A stretch of DNA of 52,536 bases from a virus (lineage: Duplodnaviria; Caudoviricetes), in IMG/VR virus record IMGVR_UViG_3300043372_000056, positions 1 to 52,536 of that record; one strand, written 5' to 3'. The notes below the pieces were generated by a model. The model saw only the letters and a list, made by a program, of their open reading frames with translations. It was not told where the DNA came from and searched no databases. The position numbers and the translations under genes are program-made. Positions 42,974 to 51,241 of this stretch are shown here, in pieces; position 1 is the first letter of the stretch, and each line of letters opens with the position of its first letter.

Positions 42974-44818
42974 ATGACGACCTGGGTTTTTGACACTGAG
43001 ACGATGCCGAACCGCACCCTGATCTGCGCCAAAAACGTGGATACGGGTGCGTGGTTCGACCTGTGGCGACATGAGCCGAATGCCCCGGATCGACTGACGC
43101 AATTCATAGGTCAGCCTAAAGCGACGTTTATCGGTTTCAACAGCCAGTCGTTCGACAGTCTGATCGTCTCGGCGTTCTGCGCCGGGCGCACCGAACTCGA
43201 GATCAAGCGCATCGCGGATGACATTATCAACAACAATGTGCCGCCTTGGATCGCGATGCGTAAGTTCGCGTTGGAGGACGTGTTTGCTGACCACATCGAC
43301 TTGATCGAGGTCGCGCCCTCGTTCGTGGGCCTCAAAGCCTACGGGGCCCGCATGCACATGCCGCGCCTGCAGGAGATGCCGCTGGCGCACGATGCCTTCC
43401 TCGAGCCTGCCCAGGAGGCCCTGCTGCTGGAGTATTGCCACAACGACGTGGAAACGACGGTGGGGCTTCTCAACCAGCTTGAGAAGGAGGTTATCCTCCG
43501 AGTGGAGATGAGCCGCCGCTACGGCGTGGACATGCGCAGCAAGTCAGATGCCCAGATGGCTGAGCAGGTCTACATCACGACGATGGGCCTGCAACGCGCG
43601 AAGAACGACATCCCAGAGCACGTCGTCTATAACGCGCCCGGGTTTCTAAAGTTCCGAGATGCTGGTCTCCAGCACATTCTGAACAGCGTCGATGGCTGTC
43701 AGTTTGAGGTCAACGCAACCACCGGCCACGTTAAGCTGCCTGACTTCCTGGGCGATGCGTCGATCAAATTTGGCACAGGTGAGTATCAACTCGGGGTCGG
43801 TGGCATCCACAGCGTGCATGACCGCAAGGTGTGCCACATCGCGGGCGACGACATCATCTGCGACATCGACGCCGCCAGTTTTTATCCCAGCATTATCCTC
43901 GAGTGCGGCTTTGTACCCGAGAATTTGGGGCAGCGGTTCATCGAGGAGTATCGGACGATCTATGACCGGCGGCTGGAAGCCAAGCGGGCCGGTGACAAGG
44001 TGACCGATGGCACGCTGAAGATTTCTCTCAACGGCACATTCGGCAAACTGGCCAGCAGATACTCGGTGCTCTACTCGCCCGATCTGATGCTGGCAGTGAC
44101 GCTCACCGGGCAGCTTACGCTGCTGATGCTGATCGAGTGGCTGGAGGCTGTTGGTGCCACCACGCTCAGCGCCAACACTGACGGCATTGCCATTCGCTAT
44201 TCAAAAAATATTGACCCTGCAATCCAGCAGGCGGTTGCAAAATTTGGCGAGACCTCTAAATTCAGCTTTGAGTTCACGCCTTACCGCGTGCTCGCCATGA
44301 AAGACGTCAATAACTACATAGCTGTAAAACCGGATAGATCGTTGAAAACCAAAGGTATTTACGCCCCGTTATCGCTGAAGAAAAACCCCACCGCCCAGGT
44401 CTGCGCCGATGCGGCTGGACAGTGGTTGGCCAAGGGTGTGCCGTTCCTCGAGACAATCAAGGCGGCCCCGTTCTGCGATTTCATCTCTGCTCGCAATGTC
44501 ACGGGTGGCGGCGAGCAGATGGGTAAATATCTGGGTAAGGTGGTGCGCTGGTATCAGTCGAATGACCCAGCCCTCGAGCCGATCCGGTACAAAACGAATG
44601 GCAATAAGGTGCCCAAAACCGATGGTGCCCGAGCTTGCATGGAACTGCCCGACAAGGTTGAGCACCCGCCGGACTTGGATTACGAGTGGTATCACAGGGA
44701 TGCCATCAAGATTGCGGTGGCCCTGGGATGCACGAATTACCTGACACCCGACGACATAACTCTGATAACGCCACCCCCTAAGATCAGGAAGATCAAAAAT
44801 GGAAAACCCAAACAGTAA
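42974..44818 (+). CDS. DNA polymerase, family B-like, with 3'-5' exonuclease
   Basis: Exo FDTE, GFN..SFD, YCHND; pol DAASFYPS, KISLNGTFGK, NTDG, DVNNY. Confidence 0.9.
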   Translation: MTTWVFDTETMPNRTLICAKNVDTGAWFDLWRHEPNAPDRLTQFIGQPKATFIGFNSQSFDSLIVSAFCAGRTELEIKRIADDIINNNVPPWIAMRKFALEDVFADHIDLIEVAPSFVGLKAYGARMHMPRLQEMPLAHDAFLEPAQEALLLEYCHNDVETTVGLLNQLEKEVILRVEMSRRYGVDMRSKSDAQMAEQVYITTMGLQRAKNDIPEHVVYNAPGFLKFRDAGLQHILNSVDGCQFEVNATTGHVKLPDFLGDASIKFGTGEYQLGVGGIHSVHDRKVCHIAGDDIICDIDAASFYPSIILECGFVPENLGQRFIEEYRTIYDRRLEAKRAGDKVTDGTLKISLNGTFGKLASRYSVLYSPDLMLAVTLTGQLTLLMLIEWLEAVGATTLSANTDGIAIRYSKNIDPAIQQAVAKFGETSKFSFEFTPYRVLAMKDVNNYIAVKPDRSLKTKGIYAPLSLKKNPTAQVCADAAGQWLAKGVPFLETIKAAPFCDFISARNVTGGGEQMGKYLGKVVRWYQSNDPALEPIRYKTNGNKVPKTDGARACMELPDKVEHPPDLDYEWYHRDAIKIAVALGCTNYLTPDDITLITPPPKIRKIKNGKPKQ

Positions 44819-45149
44819 GACGGTCTTTGTGATCCAGGCCGACAAAAACAAAGATTTCTCAGATGCTCGTCGTTTCGGGAATTTGCGAGCGGTGTTTAAC
44901 AACCCGCGCAAGCCCTACGATACGAGTGCGATGATAGACCGCGCAAAGCGAGTGCTCCGAGATTGGAAGCCGGGCGATTACCTGCTGATGATCGGAGACC
45001 CGACGCTATGCGCTGTCTGTATGACCCTGGTCACCGAAGAATATGATCAGGTGAAAGTGCTTAGCTGGGACCGCGAGACATTCCAATATCTGAAACAGGA
45101 ATGGGATTTCCGCCAGTTGAGCTTTGACTTTGGCGAAACCGAAAACTGA
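44799..45149 (+). CDS. Conserved replication-module hypothetical protein with C-terminal QLSFDF
   Basis: 116 aa overlapping the polymerase end; DYLLMIGDP, VLSWDR. Confidence 0.8.
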   Translation: MENPNSKTVFVIQADKNKDFSDARRFGNLRAVFNNPRKPYDTSAMIDRAKRVLRDWKPGDYLLMIGDPTLCAVCMTLVTEEYDQVKVLSWDRETFQYLKQEWDFRQLSFDFGETEN

Positions 45150-45167
45150 CAACGAAAGGATAACACA

Positions 45168-45908
45168 ATGAGTGATTGGACAAGCAACCTACGGAAGGGC
45201 AAGCAAGCTGTGCCGCCGCGTATTGTCATCTATGGCGGCCACGGCATCGGCAAGAGCACGCTCGCCAGCCAGTTTCCCAGGCCGATTTTTATCAGCACGG
45301 AAGACGGTCTCGACAGCCTCGATGTAACCAGCTTTCCAAAGGCTGCGCACATCAAAGACGTGGTTGAGAGCATCAAGACGCTGATCAAAGAGGAGCACGA
45401 ATTTAAGACGGTGGTGATCGACTCGGTTGATTGGTTGGTCGAGCCCCTCATCGTCAGCAACGTCGAAGCCACGCACGAGGCCAAGGATTTGGCATACGGC
45501 AAGGGTCAGATGATGGTAGCCGAGGAGTTCCGTGAAATCCTCCAGGGCCTCGATGTGCTGCGCATGAAGCGTGGCATGAACGTGGTGCTGATCGCCCACG
45601 CCACTGTGGTGCGGTTTGAAGATCCTCGGACTGAGCCGTATGACCGGTATCAGCCAAAGTTGCCGAACCGCTGCAATGCCTTATTGCAGGAATGGGCTGA
45701 TGTCATTGCGTTTGCCGCATTCAAGGTGATCATCCGCAAGAGCGACAGCGGCTTCAACAAGGAAAAGACGCGCGGCGTTACGACCGGCGAACGCCTCCTG
45801 CACTTTGTTGAAAACCCGGCTTATGCGGCCAAGAACCGCTATGCCTGCCCCGACGAAATCGAGATGACGATTGAGAATCTCGAAAAAGTTATTCCCATCG
45901 CAAACTGA
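45168..45908 (+). CDS. AAA_24 / Sak4-like ATPase
   Basis: YGGHGIGKST, EDG, VVIDSVDW, LIAH, EWAD, AKNR. Confidence 0.88.
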   Translation: MSDWTSNLRKGKQAVPPRIVIYGGHGIGKSTLASQFPRPIFISTEDGLDSLDVTSFPKAAHIKDVVESIKTLIKEEHEFKTVVIDSVDWLVEPLIVSNVEATHEAKDLAYGKGQMMVAEEFREILQGLDVLRMKRGMNVVLIAHATVVRFEDPRTEPYDRYQPKLPNRCNALLQEWADVIAFAAFKVIIRKSDSGFNKEKTRGVTTGERLLHFVENPAYAAKNRYACPDEIEMTIENLEKVIPIAN

Positions 45909-45923
45909 GAAAGGATTACGACA

Positions 45924-46415
45924 ATGGCAAAATTTGGATTTGACGTTACCGAGGTCGAACCGTCCGCCCCCCGGGGTGATTATGAACCGATACCGGCAGG
46001 TAATTATATCCTTAAGGCCATCGAGGCTGATGAGAAGAAAACCGCAAGCGGCGGCACCATGATCACCGTAAAGTTTGAGGTGGTTAAGGGTGAGCATGCC
46101 GGTCGCCTGCTTTGGCAGAATTTTAACACTGTGAACAACAGCCCTACTGCCCAAAGCATTGGGCGTGGGCAGATTGTAGCCTGGGCGCATGCTTGCGGTA
46201 AGCCGAATGCCGATGACACTGACAAGCTGCTCGGCAAGCCGTTTGCTGCGTCGGTGGACATCGACCCGGCAAAGAACGGTTACAAGGCCAGCAACAAGAT
46301 CAAGGCGTTCCTGGCCCAGCAGGACGATGGCGAGGCCCCTGCGAAGAAGGCCCCGCCTGCACCCAAGCCTGCCACCAAGTCTGCCCCAGCAGGCAACGCA
46401 AACCCCTGGGATTGA
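45924..46415 (+). CDS. ssb: Single-stranded DNA-binding protein (DUF669-like)
   Basis: YEPIPAGNY, GEHAGR, flexible tail ending NPWD; follows the Sak4-like gene. Confidence 0.8.
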   Translation: MAKFGFDVTEVEPSAPRGDYEPIPAGNYILKAIEADEKKTASGGTMITVKFEVVKGEHAGRLLWQNFNTVNNSPTAQSIGRGQIVAWAHACGKPNADDTDKLLGKPFAASVDIDPAKNGYKASNKIKAFLAQQDDGEAPAKKAPPAPKPATKSAPAGNANPWD

Positions 46416-46418
46416 TCC

Positions 46419-47255
46419 ATGGTAGCCATCCCGCCCCCTCCTGAGCAGCAGATCGTAAACCGCATCTATGCGGCAATTGAGAAGGAAAAGGTCAACCCTG
46501 ACCTGTACCTGGGGCGGCTTGGTTCCTCTTTCATAGGCGAGGAGTGCGTTCGTCAAATCTGGCTTGAGTGGCGAGGTTTCGCCCGTGGTCAGTTTGATGG
46601 GCGCATGCTTCGCCTATTTGAGACGGGGCACTTGCAAGAGGAGCGGATCGTGGCAGATCTGCGCCGGGCAGGGTTTGCCGTCTGGGACAAGCGCGAGGAT
46701 GGTCGACAGTTTGAGTTTGTCGACCAGACCGGGCATTTCATCACAAAGGTCGACGGTGTGGTGAAAAACGTCCCAGAGAGCGATGAGCCGCACCTGCTGG
46801 AGATTAAGACCCACAACAGGAAGAGCTTCGACAGCCTGTTGAAGAAGGGCGTGCAAGGCGCGAAGCCGCTGCATTACGCCCAGGTGCAGATCAGCATGGC
46901 GCTGGGTGGATTCACCCGGGCCTTGTATGTGGCACTCTGCAAGGACGACGAGCAATTTTATGTGGAGCGTGTCAAGGAAGACAAAGCCTTCCAGGCTAAA
47001 CTACAAACCAAGATCGGCAAGCTGGTTGAGGCTCAGTTGCGCCCGGCAGGCATCAGCGACGATGCGTCGTCGTTTGCCTGCAAGTTTTGCAGCATGAAGG
47101 CGGTCTGCACCAAGGAAGCCCCGCCCCTGCATCACTGTCGCACATGCGCCATGTGCTCGGCAGGTGCCGAAGGCAAATGGGTTTGCAACCTGAACAGCTT
47201 CACCCTGACCCTGTTTGAGCAGCGCCTGGGCTGCGAACATTATGAGGCTTTATGA
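46419..47255 (+). CDS. Cas4-like PD-(D/E)xK exonuclease
   Basis: GSSFIGEEC, DG...LEIKT, HYAQVQ, CKFC....C cluster. Confidence 0.85.
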   Translation: MVAIPPPPEQQIVNRIYAAIEKEKVNPDLYLGRLGSSFIGEECVRQIWLEWRGFARGQFDGRMLRLFETGHLQEERIVADLRRAGFAVWDKREDGRQFEFVDQTGHFITKVDGVVKNVPESDEPHLLEIKTHNRKSFDSLLKKGVQGAKPLHYAQVQISMALGGFTRALYVALCKDDEQFYVERVKEDKAFQAKLQTKIGKLVEAQLRPAGISDDASSFACKFCSMKAVCTKEAPPLHHCRTCAMCSAGAEGKWVCNLNSFTLTLFEQRLGCEHYEAL

Positions 47256-47713
47256 TGCTGACAATTGGAATTGATCCGGGCCTGACCGGTGCCGTGGGCG
47301 TGCTCGAAAACGGCGAGTTCTTGGCCGTCTTTGACATGCCCACGGTGTTGAAAGGCTCGGGCAGTGTGAAGAATGAGGTGGACCCGGCGGGCCTCGCCGC
47401 AATTCTTCGTGACTATCATGCGCTATGCGTGATCGAGCGGGTCAACGCGATGCCCAAGCAGGGTGCATCATCGACGTTCAGCCTGGGCGACAGTTTTGGG
47501 GCCGCCCGGGCGGTTGTGGCTACCATGGGCATCAGCCTGACCTATGTCACGCCAGCGGCCTGGAAGAAGCATTTCAAGCTGCCGTCAGACAAAGAGATGA
47601 GCCGTGCCCTGGCGATCCGCATGTTCCCTTCAGCACCCCTCAATCTGAAGAAACACGCGGATCGCGCCGAAGCCCTGTTGATGGCGCGGTGGCTCTACGA
47701 GACGCAGCGGTAA
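47252..47713 (+). CDS. ruvC: RuvC-like Holliday junction resolvase
   Basis: IGIDPG, IERV, TPAAWKK, DRAEALL. Confidence 0.88.
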   Translation: MMLTIGIDPGLTGAVGVLENGEFLAVFDMPTVLKGSGSVKNEVDPAGLAAILRDYHALCVIERVNAMPKQGASSTFSLGDSFGAARAVVATMGISLTYVTPAAWKKHFKLPSDKEMSRALAIRMFPSAPLNLKKHADRAEALLMARWLYETQR

Positions 47714-47715
47714 CC

Positions 47716-49836
47716 TTACTCTGTGTAAGGCTCTGGGATGACGCCTGTAGCCGTTCCGCCGATGACCCCTGCCTCACCCATGCTGACGCGGCGCTCGCCC
47801 CGTGCGGCCCTCTCAGATGCGTTCTCGAGCACCCGCACAGCCGCTGCCACTTCTGCCGGATCGCTTGACATAAGCATCCGCGCAGTGCGGTCAGCAATCT
47901 CGTCGCTGACCGCCGCCCCGCGAAACGCCCGAATGGCCATGTTGGCCAAAGACGAACCCCAGCCGCCGGTAGCCATTTCAGCAGCGGCTGCCCCCACGTC
48001 AGGGCCTTCGTCAAACCTCTCCCGAGCCTGAGTTCTGCGGGCTGTAGGTGAACCGGCCAGGATGCGATTGGACTGCTGGAAAAGTTGCGCCTCACGTTCA
48101 AGCGCAGCCTGGAAGAGGCTGTACTGGGCCGGGCTGTCAAACATGGCCTCAAGTTTCCGCCGGGTTTCAGGCGAACCAATGAGACGTTGGGCAGAATTGA
48201 AATTGCCTGACGGGTTCATGATCGTGCTGTAGATGTTGCGAGCCGCGCCCGTGCGGAACGCCTCGCGCTCGGGACCATTCATGCTATTAAAAAGTTTGGC
48301 AACCTCTTCGTGATCTAAACGATTGAAATCGTTCATCCCTGTACGAAGTGCGTTTACGACTTCTACGTCACCTCGATACTCATCAATCGCACGCCGGTAT
48401 TCAGGGACTAGCTCCTTGGTCCGATCACGAAGCGCGTCTCGCATATCACGCAGTGAAGCGGCTGAGGTGCGAGCAACAGCATCCGGTGACGAGAACCCCG
48501 TATTAACTTGGGCGTCGAGAGCGCGCTTCATGTAATCGAGCGTGCGAACATCCGGCACGGTTTGCGCCAGTTCAACAATGTCTTCTCCGGTATCGGGATT
48601 TCTGCCGGTGACGCGATAAATTTCCCGTAAGCGATATTCTTCAGGATCAAAAGCCGACCCAGTGCGAATTGCACGAGCTTGTGCTGCCGAAGCATCCTCT
48701 GCCGCAAGGCGACGGGCGGTGCTCCAAGCATTTCGATATTGCGGAAGTTCCAGCAGGCTTGTGATCTGCGGATCAAAGACTTCACCAACACGATACGCTT
48801 CGCGATATGCTGGTTCAGCGCGGGCACGCATGGTGCTGACAAGAACATTCTCATCGGCATATGCGTCACCCCGGGTGTTGAGACCCTCACGAACTTGGCC
48901 ATAAACCCGTTCACGGGCACCTTCACGCTGATCACCCAATGCGGCTTCAACCCGGCGACCGCTGGGGCCGCTGCGTTGGGCCACAGTTTCGGCAAGGTCA
49001 ACCAGGGCCGGGTCCACGTTGGCGACAACAGAGGGCACGTTCATCGCCCTATCCGCTGCAAGGCGCGTGGGAATATCGGAGGGCTGCATGCCTGCTTCAG
49101 CCAAGGCCCTGTTAACCCGATCAGCGGCACTGCGTTCAACAGTTGCAGGCGTGGGAGACAGGCGCTCGCTCAGCCACCTCCAGGCCGATCCGGCACCTCT
49201 CGCAACAGCGGGGACAGCCGCACCCATTGGGGCGCCGATAGAAGCCCCAACCGTTCCACCTTCAACGCGGCTGTCAGGTTCAGCCATGCCCGCGCCAGAG
49301 ATGCCGCCTTGTGTGGCACCGGTAACGGCCCCTCGACCGTAAGGAGTTGCCAACATGCGCGCGACGCGAGGGGCCTGACCTCCGGTTACCGCGCCCACGG
49401 TGCCGAGCAATGCCGCGTCTCGAACAGTGCCTTCGTCAATCTGATCGTTGATGCCCACGCCAGTTGCCGCCCCAGTTGCCGCACCGGCACCCACCCGAGC
49501 CGCTGTATTGCCTGCGATGCGGTTGGCAATAGTGCCCAGGGCACCGGCAGTGCGAGCCGTTGTAGCGGCTGCGGCAGGGGCTGATGCGCCGCCTGTGAAC
49601 GGCACAGCCATGTAAGCGCCGACCGCCGGAAGCACACCGCCCGCAAACTCTGCGATAGGTGCCAGATACGGGTTGCGCTCTTGAAATCGGTTATATTCTT
49701 GGTTGATGCGCGTGCGCTCACCTTCATACGGACGCCCCGTGATGCGCGAACGAAGCCAAGCTTCCGCCTCATCGCCCCATCCCATGCCGACGCCTTGGCC
49801 GATTAGGGCGCGGGCAAAATTAAGACTATCGCTCAT
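47716..49836 (-). CDS. Putative internal virion/ejection protein
   Basis: 706 aa; QGVGMGWGDE N-terminus, Gly/Ala hydrophobic stretches, helical C-terminus; last gene of the late operon. Confidence 0.7.
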   Translation of the reverse strand: MSDSLNFARALIGQGVGMGWGDEAEAWLRSRITGRPYEGERTRINQEYNRFQERNPYLAPIAEFAGGVLPAVGAYMAVPFTGGASAPAAAATTARTAGALGTIANRIAGNTAARVGAGAATGAATGVGINDQIDEGTVRDAALLGTVGAVTGGQAPRVARMLATPYGRGAVTGATQGGISGAGMAEPDSRVEGGTVGASIGAPMGAAVPAVARGAGSAWRWLSERLSPTPATVERSAADRVNRALAEAGMQPSDIPTRLAADRAMNVPSVVANVDPALVDLAETVAQRSGPSGRRVEAALGDQREGARERVYGQVREGLNTRGDAYADENVLVSTMRARAEPAYREAYRVGEVFDPQITSLLELPQYRNAWSTARRLAAEDASAAQARAIRTGSAFDPEEYRLREIYRVTGRNPDTGEDIVELAQTVPDVRTLDYMKRALDAQVNTGFSSPDAVARTSAASLRDMRDALRDRTKELVPEYRRAIDEYRGDVEVVNALRTGMNDFNRLDHEEVAKLFNSMNGPEREAFRTGAARNIYSTIMNPSGNFNSAQRLIGSPETRRKLEAMFDSPAQYSLFQAALEREAQLFQQSNRILAGSPTARRTQARERFDEGPDVGAAAAEMATGGWGSSLANMAIRAFRGAAVSDEIADRTARMLMSSDPAEVAAAVRVLENASERAARGERRVSMGEAGVIGGTATGVIPEPYTE

Positions 49837-51230
49837 GGTGTCCCTCCTGGGGCGGGCTGTGCGGGCTCTGCGGGTCGCTGGCGTCGATATTCACCGCTAG
49901 TGATGTCTTGAACAAGTCTACGCTGGCGCTCCCGAGACCTTTCAATTTCTTCCAGAGTGCGTTCAAGAATTTCACGACGTTGTGCCGGGGTGCGAGAAAG
50001 AGCGCCTTGAAGGTTATCCAAAGCGGCGCGTTCGCTGTCGGTGATCTGACTACCAAACGATTCCCGCAACTGAGCAATTGCCGCTTCGCTCAAAAGAGTG
50101 CGAATGCGAGCCGTATTTCTGGTTTTCGGATCGTCCGCTCCCGTTCTGGATCGGAACTCATATAGCGCCGTATCGCCGACAGATGTGCCGAAAGTATTAT
50201 CGTTAATTCTAAGAGCCTCGCTGATAGTTCTTTGGGCTCTTTCAGTTGCGCTCAAAGTGGCTTCTGCGTCGAGCCGCATGCGCTGTTCGGCAGGTGTAAG
50301 TTCTTTGTCGCGTTCAGCTTTGCGAGCAGCTTCCGCCTGACGAAGATCAAGACCGGCTCGCTGCATCTCAAGTTGAGCTTGCCTAAATGCTTCGCCGCTT
50401 TCAATCTTGCTGTTGATATACCTAGTAACAAATTGACTATGCTCAGGCGTCCCTGGCCGCAGACCCATGTCCTCTGCCGCCTTACCAGCATCAGATTGCG
50501 GGCGGCCCGATGCGAGGTATTCCTTGATGACTTCGCGCGCCATCGTGCGGCGTTCCCCGGTTTCCTGTGCGGCCAAAGCCTGCGCCGTGGTCAAATCCTG
50601 TCGGGCACCGGTCATGCGGATTTCCTGCGCCTTGAGGGCGAGGTTCCGCATATCGTTTTCTTCCGCCCGGCGACCCTTGGCGTATTCGCTCATCTCCTTG
50701 CCGACAAGCGACAGGTTCTCAGCAAACCGGCCCGTCTTGGTGGGCGAACCAAAAGCCGCCGCCAGTCGGAAATACATCTCCGCGCGCGATGTCGGGCTCT
50801 CGGTGCGCTGAGACATCTGCTGGATCATCCGGGTGAAAGCCTCGGTCTCGGTCTGAGCCCTGCGCCGAGATTCCGCCAGTTCCTGGGTGTATTGGTTCGA
50901 TGGCGGCGCATACCGGTTGAGCAGGGCCTCGAGTTCCGCCGTGCGATCAGGTGGCGCAACAGTGGCGGGGCCAGCCGAAGTTGTCGTTGCAGCCGAAGTT
51001 GTCGTTGCAGCCTGCGGGGTGACGACAACCGGCGCAGCCGCTGGGGCTACATCACCGCCTTCGCCACCGTTGGGATCAGCCTGACCGGAGCCATCGTTGT
51101 ACGCCATCGCCATGTCATTGAGGCCGCCCTCGTCAAAACGACGACGCACTGAACCGCCCTTGGCGTAGGCCGACTTCTTGGTCGGTGCCCCGCGATATTT
51201 CTGGTTCAGCCGATACAGATCAGATTTCAT
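49833..51230 (-). CDS. Putative internal virion/ejection protein
   Basis: 465 aa, coiled coil; N-terminal YAKGG and FDEGG motifs; GGAG RBS. Confidence 0.7.
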   Translation of the reverse strand: MKSDLYRLNQKYRGAPTKKSAYAKGGSVRRRFDEGGLNDMAMAYNDGSGQADPNGGEGGDVAPAAAPVVVTPQAATTTSAATTTSAGPATVAPPDRTAELEALLNRYAPPSNQYTQELAESRRRAQTETEAFTRMIQQMSQRTESPTSRAEMYFRLAAAFGSPTKTGRFAENLSLVGKEMSEYAKGRRAEENDMRNLALKAQEIRMTGARQDLTTAQALAAQETGERRTMAREVIKEYLASGRPQSDAGKAAEDMGLRPGTPEHSQFVTRYINSKIESGEAFRQAQLEMQRAGLDLRQAEAARKAERDKELTPAEQRMRLDAEATLSATERAQRTISEALRINDNTFGTSVGDTALYEFRSRTGADDPKTRNTARIRTLLSEAAIAQLRESFGSQITDSERAALDNLQGALSRTPAQRREILERTLEEIERSRERQRRLVQDITSGEYRRQRPAEPAQPAPGGTP

Positions 51231-51241
51231 ATCCAGCCTCC

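Noticed and set aside
47700-47730. Bidirectional terminator where the two operons converge
   Set aside because: The stop codons are only 2 bp apart and no hairpin/U-tract is evident.
50972-51012. 18-bp tandem duplication (AATTTS x2)
   Set aside because: Simple in-frame slippage in a low-complexity linker.
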